NCBI GenBank assembly: GCA_951406725.2
Contig: OX597823.1
Span: forward strand, 22,940,001-23,004,000
Direction of reading: 5' to 3'
From: Octopus vulgaris
Lineage: Eukaryota
DNA: 64,000 nucleotides
Part shown: positions 42,855 to 53,688 of the stretch, piece by piece
Position numbering within the stretch: position 1 is the stretch's first letter
Layout: each line of letters opens with the position of its first letter
Notes under the pieces: generated by a model
Seen by the model: the letters and a program-made list of their open reading frames with translations, nothing else
What the model was told of the DNA's origin: nothing
The model's database searches: none
Translations under genes and position numbers: made by a program

Positions 42855-43294
42855 CCGCGTGTGTATCATTGGCGATTTTCTTTCTATGTCTTCCCTTCCT
42901 TGGGGTTGATTTTCTCAACTAAAGGTGGTGCTCCAGCATGGCCATAGTCAAATGACTGAAAGAAATGGAAGAATATATATGTAAATGGTGTGTGTAGATA
43001 GGGTTATAATCCAAACTATGTCCACTTGAAACATATCTGCTTCTTCCAGCAATCCAAAATTGTATGTAGGTGTTACATTTTTGTGAGGTATGCATTAGAG
43101 TTGAATAATTGTGGGAAATATTTCTTGCAGAGTAATTACATATCAAAACAGGAGATTGGAAAAAAAATTTGGTATCATTTATTCCCATTAATTAAACTCA
43201 TGTAATGGTGAATAAATAATATAAAAAATTTTTTTTCCAATCTCCTGTTTTGATATATATGTGTGTATGGAGGTATATATATCTGTATATGGAG

Positions 43295-43345
<51 letters not shown>

Positions 43346-43447
43346 GGAGTAAACACATAAATGTGAAACAAGGTGGAAAAAAGAGTACTCAAATACCAGT
43401 GGTAGAGTAATATGCTTTATTTAAAGCAGCAGAAAATTCAACAAAAC

Positions 43448-43485
43448 CTGTTACTCTGAGTTTCCCGTTGCCATTCATCGGACAG
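43448..43485 (-). ncRNA. Mirror hammerhead motif with mutated stem II
   Basis: Minus strand CTGT-CCGATGA-ATG(GCAA)CGG-GAAA-CTCAGAG-TA-ACAG. Confidence 0.6.
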
Positions 43486-43509
43486 TTTTTGCTAGAATTC
43501 TAGCAAAAA

Positions 43510-43547
43510 CTGTCCGATGAACGGCAACGTGAAACTCAGAGTAACAG
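43510..43547 (+). ncRNA. Minimal type I hammerhead ribozyme motif
   Basis: CTGT-CCGATGA-ACG(GCAA)CGT-GAAA-CTCAGAG-TA-ACAG: stem I CTGT/ACAG, CCGAUGA core variant, 3-bp stem II with GNRA loop, ACTC/GAGT stem III, GUA cleavage triplet. Confidence 0.75.
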
Positions 43548-43580
43548 GTTTTGTTGAATTTTCTGCTGCTTTAAATAAAG

Positions 43581-43632
<52 letters not shown>

Positions 43633-43637
<5 letters not shown>

Positions 43638-43931
43638 AGGCACATGGCCTAGTAGTAGAGCAGTGGTCAAGGGATCGCGGGTTCGAATCTCAGACCGGGT
43701 GATGTGTGTATTTATGAGCGAAACACCTAAGCTCCATGCAGCTCTGGCAGAAGGTAATGGCAAATTTCTGCTGACTCTTTCGCCACAACTTTCTCTCACT
43801 CTTTGCACCTGCATCTTGCAGCTCACCTGCGACAGACCAGCATCCCATACAGGTGGGGAACCTATATGCCAAGGAAAGCAGGAAACCAGCCCTATGAGCT
43901 AGGCATGGCTCGAGAAGGAACAAACAACAAC

Positions 43932-43932
<1 letters not shown>
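43633..43932 (+). mobile_element. Family D SINE
   Basis: B box GGTTCGAATC; matches 13260-13568; ends in aacaaacaacaac followed by (GATA)n. Confidence 0.9.
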
Positions 43933-43994
<62 letters not shown>

Positions 43995-44015
43995 CTAGAT
44001 AGATAGATAGATATA

Positions 44016-44230
44016 CTCTTTTCTACTCTAGGCACAAGGCCCGGAATTTTGGGGGAGGGGGCGAGTCGATTAGATCGACCCCAGTATGCATCTGGTACTT
44101 AATTTCTCAACCCTGAAATGATGAAAGGCAAAGTCAACCTCGGCGGAATTTGAACTCAGAACATAAAGACAGATGAATACTGCTAAGCATTTCACCTGGT
44201 ATGCTAACATGTCTGCCAGCTCACCACCTT
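44016..44230 (-). mobile_element. Family B SINE at the end of a (GATA)n tract
   Basis: Reverse complement matches 23786-24001. Confidence 0.88.
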
Positions 44231-44828
44231 AGATATAGATATATATAATCAATGCATTATTTTATATATATGCATGTGTGTGTGTGTGTGTGTGTTTTCA
44301 AAAGAAGAATAAAATAGATTTAGATTACCTTTTTATTATAACATTTTATGCATATGTGTGTGTGTGATAAGTTGAATATAGCTCACTATGTTGACGGTCT
44401 GAATAGATAAAATGAAAAAATAAGTGTTTGATGACACAATTAATTTTCTGGTCTGTATTGTGCAATGAAGGTTGGCAAAGGTGATATCTAGCTATAATAC
44501 TGCAAAAAAAGTCAATATGGCTAAATAAAATTATGTGAGGTGTGTGTTAGGAGATAATCTGGTATTAGTCTAATTTAAGATGAGCATCATGTTAGAGGGT
44601 GTTTAAGCAAGATGCAGTTCCTGACTCAGGAGCAGGAAGTTTACTTAAAGCTTATATATATATGTGTGTGTCTGTGTGATTTGAAGTCATTGTATCTATA
44701 ATCACATGTACACGTCTATATGCATACACACACACGCACACACACACACACACATATACATACATACATACATACATACGCACACACACACATACATACA
44801 TACATATATATATATGTGTGTGTGTGTG

Positions 44829-44940
44829 TGGAGGCACAATGGCTTGGTGGTTAGGGCAGCGGACTTGCAGTTTCGATTCCCAGACCGGGCGTTATGAGTG
44901 TTTATTGAGTGAAAACACCTAAAGCTTCACGAGGCTCCGG
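44829..44940 (+). mobile_element. Family D-related SINE head, 3'-truncated
   Basis: ggaggcacaatggcttggtggttagggcagcggac...tttcgattcccagaccgggcg...aacacctaaagc. Confidence 0.8.
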
Positions 44941-45899
44941 AGTTTGGATTTATTCCCTAATATTTTATTATATATATATATAATCATCATCATGAAGATA
45001 TGATTTGGATGGGCCAAGAATTTTAATCATTCCTGATTTGGAGATGTTGCCCTTATAGTTAAGTTAGGGGAATACATCTTGCTTTTATTTTCTATTTCTG
45101 GCATAGTGTTTATGGTTGGGTGCCCTTTTTAACACCAACCACTGTACAGTGTGTGCAGTGTATTTTATCAGGGTACTATCACTTGTAAGGTTGCCTTGGA
45201 TCCTGCAAAGCAAATGAATCTTCACTGCTCTGCATTACCTCTGTCCTTTCAGGATAATGTGACCAACAGATTGAATATAAGAAAGAGCAATTGCAGACGA
45301 TGAAACTAATGTGAGAAAGAGTGAGGTGCAAGAGAGAATTTGTGGGCAAACAGAGTGAATGCAGTAACAGTATGGAAGAGGAGGTAGAAATGGGAAAGAG
45401 ACAATGCTAGGGGTGGGCGTTAATGGAAGGGTCGGTGTAATGGGAGAGTGATACAATGATGGCAGAGAGTAATGGCAGAGAAATACTAATGACTGCTACA
45501 TGTTTAAGGACAAAAGAAAAGATGAGTGAGGATAGTCATAGGAATGATCAATGGTCATAAAGTGTGATGGGTGTCAACAGCAACTAGCCTGGTGGGTGGA
45601 GAGCTTAATCATGGAGATGGGTGATGATAAGAGAGGGATGGATGCAAAGAAGAAGTGACCTGGAGGAGAGGAAGTAATGGCTAACAATAGAGTAGGGTTA
45701 ATAAATAAATGTCCATATCTAATGCAATTCCTTATTACTCAGGAATTGTAATAAATGGAAGAGAGTAGTAGAGTGTTGTAGATGGTGGTATTTCACTTCC
45801 ATTGTACTCCCTGATGCGCTGGTCTTCCAATGAAATGAATAATAGCTCATAGAGAGATAAATTCTTTTAACAGATAGATAGATTAAGTATGTGTATATA

Positions 45900-46222
45900 C
45901 CATCGTCATTATCATCGGTTAACATCTGTTTTCCATGCTGGCATGGGTTGGACAGTTTGACAGGAGCTGGCCAGCCAGGAAACTGCCCAGACTCCAATTG
46001 TCTATTTTGGCATGGTTTCTATGGCTGGATGCCCTTCTTAATGCCAACCACTTTACAGAATGCACTGGTTGCTTTTCATTTAGCACCAGCATGAGTGCAT
46101 CTAATGTGGCACCAGTACGAGATCTTTTAACATGGCACTAACATGAGTGCTCCTGATGTGGCACTGGAATGAATGTTCCTAACATGACACTGGCATGAGT
46201 GCTTTTAATGTGGCACCGACAC
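45900..46222 (-). mobile_element. RTE-tail copy with a ~28-bp tandem array
   Basis: Reverse complement of the RTE tail; tggcac..catgagtgc units repeated about 5 times at 46080-46220. Confidence 0.75.
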
Positions 46223-46260
46223 ATTTTTGATTCAAATCTGGTATATATATATTATATATA

Positions 46261-47513
46261 TACCAGATTTGAATCAAAAGTTTTTTTTTTATTTCAAGCT
46301 TTGATTAATAGTCCATACAAATTACATATGAAAAGTATTTATTCATCAAAATATATCCTATTATATTCTATTATCTTTTGTCATCATTATGTCATCAGAA
46401 GCTCAATTCCATACTTATACCATTTGGCTGGTTTAGAGACAATAAATTCCCTGCATCTGTTTTCAACCTCATCCACATCATTGAACTTCCAACTGAGCAG
46501 GAAATGAGCCATTGCTTGGAAAAGGTGGTAATTTGATGGTACAAAGTCTGGACTGTAGGTAGAGTGAGGCAGCACTTTCAGCCCCTCGAAGTCCCCCAAG
46601 TTTGTTCTTGGTCACTTTGGCAATGTGAGCTGGGATAGTGTCATGCTATAGGTGTTCAATTGACCAATGCCAGGTAACAGACTTTCAAAACATCACATAC
46701 TTGTTGCATTTGTTGAACATAAAGATTAATGTTCACAGCATAACTATCTGTAACAAGCCCAAAGTGCAATACCCTCTCAAAATTCCACCAAACACACAAC
46801 ATGATCTTCTGTTCAAACTGCCCAAGATTGACTGTAGATTCTAAAGTATGGTTGGAATAAAGCCACTGATTTCTCATAAAAAGATTGCAAAAATGATCCA
46901 CTTTTTTTGTCCCCAGTTACAATTTGATGCCAAAATTGAGCATCTAGTGGATTTGTCATAAGTTGTTTGCAAATGTTCACACATCATTGATCCTGCTCGC
47001 TGGTCAGTTCATGAGGAATTTCTTAAGTGTTTGTTCACAAGGTTAAGCTTATGGAGCTATCGACTGACAGTACTTTGTAAACAATCAAGTTCTGCCGACA
47101 ATGTATGAGCACTTTTGTTTGGCTGTTGTTCAACCATTTCCAGCAAGTCCTCACCTTCCCCAACAGAGAGTCTCTCTGACCTTGGTTTGTCTTTAAGGTT
47201 GGTGTCTGAACCATTCTGAGCCAGTTTGGTGCCACATGTTCATTGACAATTCCTGGGCCTTCCACATTTCTTTTGCCATTGCCCACACATTCAGTCCTTT
47301 TTTTCCACAGGTAGCATGGAAACTTGCAATGTTTTCACCATCCTTTAAAATAAAGAATGAACAATTAATGTTTATATGTTATATATGAAAATAAAAAAAT
47401 AAACAATTCAACAATGATTAGACAACAACTATCAAATTAATGATTTTACATAGAAATACAAGTGGCCAAAATCATTTCTGAAATTCTGAGAAAACTTTTG
47501 ACTCAACCTGGTA
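46261..47513 (-). mobile_element. Full-length decayed mariner (Tc1/mariner) transposon
   Basis: TIRs taccagatttgaatcaaaagtttt / aaaacttttgactcaacctggta with TA ends. Transposase fragments: IVTGDKK, KIMLCVWWN, LPHSTYSPDFVPSNYHLF (YSPDLAPSDYHLF motif). Confidence 0.9.
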
Positions 47514-47521
47514 AGTGTGAG

Positions 47522-47563
<42 letters not shown>

Positions 47564-48719
47564 GGCTAGAATTAAATATCTAAGTATCTTGTACTTAGAA
47601 CAGCATCTGAGACACAGCTTGCTAAATAACTAAGGTTAGTTAAGCAGGATAGTATTTAATGAATCTATGTTTCTGTGTGTTTAAATTTAAATTAATCTAT
47701 GTTTCTGTGTTTAAATTTAAATTTATCACTCTTTCTACTCAACTAATGAATTGTAAATTATGCAATATTTCCATAGAAGATTATCTAAGATAATCAACAA
47801 CTATTTCTTTTTAAATTGTTTTCTGGTGTAAGATAAATAATTTAATAGCCTTTAATTTTTGTTCCATGTGAAGAAATTCAACCAAAAAACTGAAATAGCA
47901 GCTTCTGTCTATGAATACTAAGGACTTTATTGTTGAAAGAAGGAAAGCAAAAAAAAAAAAAATTAAATTAAATAAATATATTACGATTTCATGTTGCCAT
48001 ACTTAATTTCATTTTACTAACAAGAAAATAAAATAGATTCCTTACAAAACATTTCTCTTGCAAAGTAAATAAACAACTACTGAAGACTGAGCTGTGAGTG
48101 AGTGTGGATGTGGGTGTGCATGGACATGTGTATATGTTATATGCTTGTGTGTTTACATGAAAAAGGAACAATTTTGCCTAAATAGATTTAAAAAACAAGG
48201 TAGTATGATATAAAATACAAATGAATTTGTACAGTATGGTTGCCATTTGCACTGCAATTGTATTATATACATGACTTACGTGTAACATTCTACAAGCTGT
48301 GACCATAGAAGACTTCTGTGAATACTCAAGAAGGGCAATTACATACATTGCACTAAACCACCTTGTTTAGTGTAAGCTATGCAGAGAATGGTCATGGTAG
48401 TGGTGGTAGAGCTCATGATGGTAGTGGTGGTGAGACTGGTTTGTGTGAATGGTGGGGGCTATTCTGCATAGGTAAATGTGAGTAGTGAGGGCGTTGTGCA
48501 GTTATTTGTGATTGGCTGGTTAAATTTGTGTAGGTGGACAGGTCAGAGTGTTTGTCGATTATGAGGATGGTCTGTGTGGGTGAGTGCAGCTGGTCAAGGT
48601 AATTGGTGAGTGATGGGGAAGATCTGTGTGTTGGAAGATGAGGTATGTATCTGATTGTGTGTGTGTGTCCATCTGAAAGCATATATATATAAAATGCTTG
48701 TGTTGTGTGTATGAAGATA

Positions 48720-49020
48720 TATGAAGGGGTGCGTAAAAGTAACCAGAAACATTCTCTGTGGGACAACCGTTGTAGTTCTGACTTCAGCTGCTAGAAGCCA
48801 CTTGATGTGAACCTCAGGCATCAGCCTGCCAACTGGCATTGTCCATTGAGGGTCATACTTTCACGTGGTGCATATTTGTTTTGTAGTACTTCTCCCCTGT
48901 TCATCAATTTTTGCATTGACTGAAATGAAGGAATAACATGCTTCCATGAAATTCTGTTTTCTGTTGGAGAAAACTACAGCCAAAACAGTTGTCAGGTTTC
49001 AAACAGCTTACAAGGTCGCC
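48720..49020 (+). mobile_element. 5' fragment of a second mariner family
   Basis: TIR-like tatgaaggggtgcgtaaaagtaacc; N-terminal HTH translation E*HASMKFCFLLEKTTAKTVVRFQTAYK; interrupted by a family C SINE 3' end at about 49020-49120. Confidence 0.7.
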
Positions 49021-49222
49021 TTTAAAAAATAAGTATTGGGGTCAATTCAATTGACTAAAATTCTTCAAGGCAGTGCCCCAGCATGGCCACAGCCTAATGA
49101 CTGAAATAACTAAAAGCTAGAGGATACTTTTTCAGTCACATGCTTTTGGCTTTTCTGTCTCCATCTATTATTTATTTGCTTGTCTCCACTTTGCCTCATA
49201 ATCTTACACTTTATGATTTTTT

Positions 49223-49286
<64 letters not shown>

Positions 49287-49614
49287 TGTCTGTCTGTCTG
49301 TCTGTGTCTGTGTGTGTGTCTGTGTGTCTGTGTGCTTGCTTGCATTTCTACTCTACAAAAGCCACTTGCTACAAGCATTGTTGTTTGTTTTCACTTCTGT
49401 CAATGAATTGTCCACTCACTTCAAACCTTCAAAGGCATGTGAAATGAGAGAGCCTTGTTCACAAACAGGTAAAGGTGAGTGACAGAAGAACATCCAGCTA
49501 CAAAACAATGCCTCAATAATAATGTGTAGAATGTGTGTGTTTGTATATGTAAGTTTGAGTGTATTTGTTGTGCTGTATTTGTGTTCCTGTGTTAGTTTGT
49601 GTGTGTGTGAATGT

Positions 49615-49709
<95 letters not shown>

Positions 49710-49788
49710 TAAATATATATATGTATATATATGTGTGTGTGTGTACATGTATATATATGTGTGTGTATATATATGCATATATTATACA

Positions 49789-49916
49789 CTGTAGAAACAT
49801 TGCCAGATAAGACTGGAGCCTGGTGCAGTCTTCTGGCTTCCCAGATCCCCGGTCAAACAGTCCAACCCATGCTAGCATGGAGAACGGACGTTAAACGATG
49901 ATGATGATGATGATGA
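49789..49916 (+). mobile_element. Truncated RTE tail
   Basis: ctgtagaaacattgccaga...catgctagcatggagaacggacgttaaac(gat)n. Confidence 0.88.
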
Positions 49917-51518
49917 TATATATATGTTTGTATGTATGTATATAAGTGTGTTTATATATATATATGTGTGTGTGTGTGTATTCATTTATTTATTCGATGT
50001 CAAGTTATTCCTTACTAGCATGGATTAGACAAATATACACACATATATGATCATGCACACACACAACACATAGAATGCATGTGTGCATGTGACATTCCAT
50101 ATAAACTAATCAAAGATTTAGCCATGAGTAAATTTGATAACATTACAGCACTCAAAACTTCAACATCTTACAATTGAGTTATCACCTCCTGAGGTGTCAC
50201 ACAACTCATTAAATACACCACAATATTTCTCTTTTATCCTTCTTACTTTCCTTTTCTGTCTTTAAAGACATCTCCATTATCTTAATTTTTGAAAGACAAT
50301 CTCTGCTTCTGTAATTATTTCTTAGCTTATCAACAAAATGAAGCAATTAAGAATGCCAACTTGAACACAAAAACTAAAATCTCCTATGACCTAAAGCCAA
50401 CCTACACAGCTTTGGGAAAGTCATTTAGACCATATTGTTTAAGGAGAGAAAAAAAATGTCACAATTAAAAAGGTTATGTTAAGGTCTTCTGAATAATTGA
50501 TGTTCAATGTTTACTCAGTTAAAATTTTGTTGTTTATGAGAAGCCATCATTAGTTTACAACAGAAATGGGAAAGTAATAAAAGCTACTTAACAAACAAAG
50601 CAGAGTTGGAGAAAATGATGTTTGTGCAATATTTAGTGGCTCATTTAAGGCTTGTTAATGTGAAATACTGAAAAAATTAAATTTTTCTTCCTTGTTTTAT
50701 TGTTAACAGACTTCTATTACATGACATTACTATATTTAAGGTTTGAATATTTCCAATTCAAATTCTCAATCATAAATATGAGAGAGGGTGAGGAGATGAG
50801 TTTTGGCTTTGATTTTGAGTTTCAGTATTGTGTACTTAAAGATAAAACAATGTTGCAGGAGAAACTTTCAATTACATTTCTGTTTGAAATTTGTGATTTA
50901 TTGAACTGAAATGTTTCTATTGAACAAACAACTTTTGCTTTATATCAGCAATATACTATTTTACTGTTTCTTTCAATTACTTCTGCAACAAGAAAAATAT
51001 TCTTGAAGACACCTGCAGTCAAGAATATTACCTTCGTCAAATCCTAATTCATTTCAATATTTTTCTGCTTCTCTGTGAACAATTATTTCTGTGCTGTTTG
51101 CTGTGAAGTGTTTTCTTTCTTTGTCATTTTTCCTTAACAATAGTATACAATAGTTTTTTTATCCAGAGATTCATTATTCTATACAATAATTTTGTAATCT
51201 AATATCTTTGGTAATCAAATAAAATATGGCTTTATGTATTTTTTTAGATATTATACAAACACACACATATGTTGTACATACACATACAAATACATACATA
51301 TATATTATTTTCCCAATTTATATTCATGTTTGTTATTTTATAATAATCACTGGTATCCTTAAATATTACTATATTTTATATCTTATATGTAAAGCATAAT
51401 ATCTTATATGTATGTATATTACTGTAATTATCAGTTTCGTAAATAAATAAATAAATTAACATAATATAATGTCTAAAAGTTAATGAACCACCTATTGATT
51501 CCCTCCATTTTCTTATTG

Positions 51519-51565
<47 letters not shown>

Positions 51566-51566
51566 T

Positions 51567-52295
51567 ATATCATCATCATCATCATCATATTTGAATGTCT
51601 GTTTTCCAAACCAATATGAGTTGGACAGCTTAACAGGAACTGGTAAGGTCAGGGGCCACACCAAGTTCCATAGTTTTTTTTTGGGGGGGGGGGGCTTGGT
51701 TTCTATTATTTGATGCCCTTCCTAATGCCAACCACTCCACAGAGTGTACTGGGTGCATCTCATGTGGAACCAGCAACAGTGCTTTTTATGTGGTACCAGC
51801 AGTCACACCAACACTTTTTATATGGGCCTTGGTTTTAGGATCTCAATTCTGTTGTGGTTGGTGAGTCTTCTGAAGTAAAGCAATGCACTCCATATCTCAG
51901 TCCTCTATCATCTTCATAAAATACAGCATTTTGAGACCAGCCTTCAAAACATCCACAACTTCCATCCATTTTAAGTGATCAGCACTTCTTTATGCAACTG
52001 TCTTCATCCATCTGAATCACATGACCAAACTAGCATTGTCTCCTCTCTTGCACACTGCATATCATTCTTCTTTTGCCCAACTTTATGTTGTTCTGTTGCA
52101 CTTGCACACTTAGATTACACATCCAGCAAAGCATACCAGCTTCATTTCTCTCCAGCCTTCACATGTCTTCTGCATTCAGGGACCACATCTCACTATGATG
52201 CAGCATCACAATTCATACACATGAATCATACAATCTTCCCATCACTCACAGAGAGAGACCTTTGGTTACCAATGAAAGTAAAAGCTCTTTTTTAT
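51567..52295 (-). mobile_element. Decayed RTE LINE 3' fragment
   Basis: (CAT)n on the + strand, reverse RTE tail, then minus-strand ELLLSLVTKGLSL-like coding remnants near 52250-52290. Confidence 0.7.
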
Positions 52296-52629
52296 TTTAG
52301 CATATAAAAACACTTATATCTATCTATATACATGCATGTATGTGTGGCTACATATATATATATGTGTGTGTGTCTGTGTCTGTGTGTATGTATATATATA
52401 TATAAATATGTATGTATGTACGTATATGTATGTATGTACGTATATGTATGTATGTACATATATGTATATGTATGTACGTATATGTATATGTATGTATGTA
52501 TATGTATATGTATGTATGCATGTACATATATGTGTATATATAACATGTACATATATGTGTATATATAACCAACCTTCCCAGTCCATAATGGATGTAAATA
52601 GTAATAATTATCATCATCCATAATAATAA

Positions 52630-52850
52630 TAATTGCTTCAAATTTTGCCTCAAGGCCAGCAATTTTAACAGGAGGTGCTTCATTGATTACATTGATCTTA
52701 GTATTTGACTAATACTTTATTTTATCAACCTCAAAAAAATGAAAAGCAAAACTGATCTCAGCAGAATTTGAACTCAGAATGTAAAGAGCCTGAACCAATA
52801 CTGAAAAGCAGTTTTTCCAATGCACTAACTATTCTGCCAGTTCGCTGCCT
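52630..52850 (-). mobile_element. Decayed family B SINE
   Basis: gaatttgaactcagaatg and ttctgccagttcgctgcctt motifs. Confidence 0.7.
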
Positions 52851-53019
52851 TGATATCAATAATAATAAATGTTCAATGAACTGATGACTTAATATCAAAT
52901 GATATAACATGATATGACATTATATTGCATAGCATAATATAAACTGATCACACCATAAAAGCAGATGGATGATCAAACTGTATATATGCTTGCTTGTATG
53001 TGATATGAACACATCAAGA

Positions 53020-53250
53020 GGCGGTGAGCTGGCAGAAACATTAGCACACCGGGCGAAATGCTAAGCGGTATTTCGTCTGCCGTTACATTCTGAGTTCAAA
53101 TTCCGCCAAGGTCGACTTTGCCTTTCATCCTTTCGGGGTCGATAAATTAAGTACCAGTTACGCACTGGGGTCGAAATAATCGACTTAATCCCTTTGTCTG
53201 TCCTTGTTTGTCCTCTCTGTGTTTAGCCCCTTGTGGGTAGTAAAGAAATA
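53020..53250 (+). mobile_element. Young full-length family B SINE with 15-bp TSD
   Basis: tRNA-like head (ctggcagaaac..ttag; gagttcaaattcc), central gtcgactttgcctttcatcctttcggggtcgataaattaagtacc; TSD gatatgaacacatca (53002-53016) / gatatgaaaacatca (53251-53265). Confidence 0.93.
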
Positions 53251-53652
53251 GATATGAAAACATCATCATCATCTTCACACATATGCGTATATATAGAGGT
53301 GTGTTTGAGTTTATACACACACACACACACACACACATACACACATATAAATTCAAATAAGGTTTATTAAATACCAGCAAGATTATCCTTGATTTATTGA
53401 AATTATCTCTGCTTCCAGAAAAGATAGAATCACTTATTTGGTTATCATTGGAACCAACACCAAATGAGAAAGAGAGACAATCTTGAGAATCAAGAATTCA
53501 CCAACATTAACAAACTGTTAAAGGAAAAAATCAGTTTGATTATCTGGAGACAAGAGGACAGCTGTAGATGTGTGTATTTGCCAGCACAGCAGTTGCCCTA
53601 ATTAATTTCCAGTAGAATGAGATACTTAGACATAAACATAAAGAGAAGAAAT

Positions 53653-53688
<36 letters not shown>

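Larger units (their letters stand above)
43343..43580. mobile_element. Penelope-like pseudo-LTR remnant forming an 83-bp-arm palindrome between (TA)n tracts
   Basis: 43415-43497 is the reverse complement of 43498-43580 (2 mismatches), centred on GAATTC; each arm carries a hammerhead motif. Confidence 0.75.

Noticed and set aside
43633-43700. tRNA gene candidates at SINE heads
   Set aside because: A and B boxes are present, but there is no complete cloverleaf and the sequence continues into SINE bodies.
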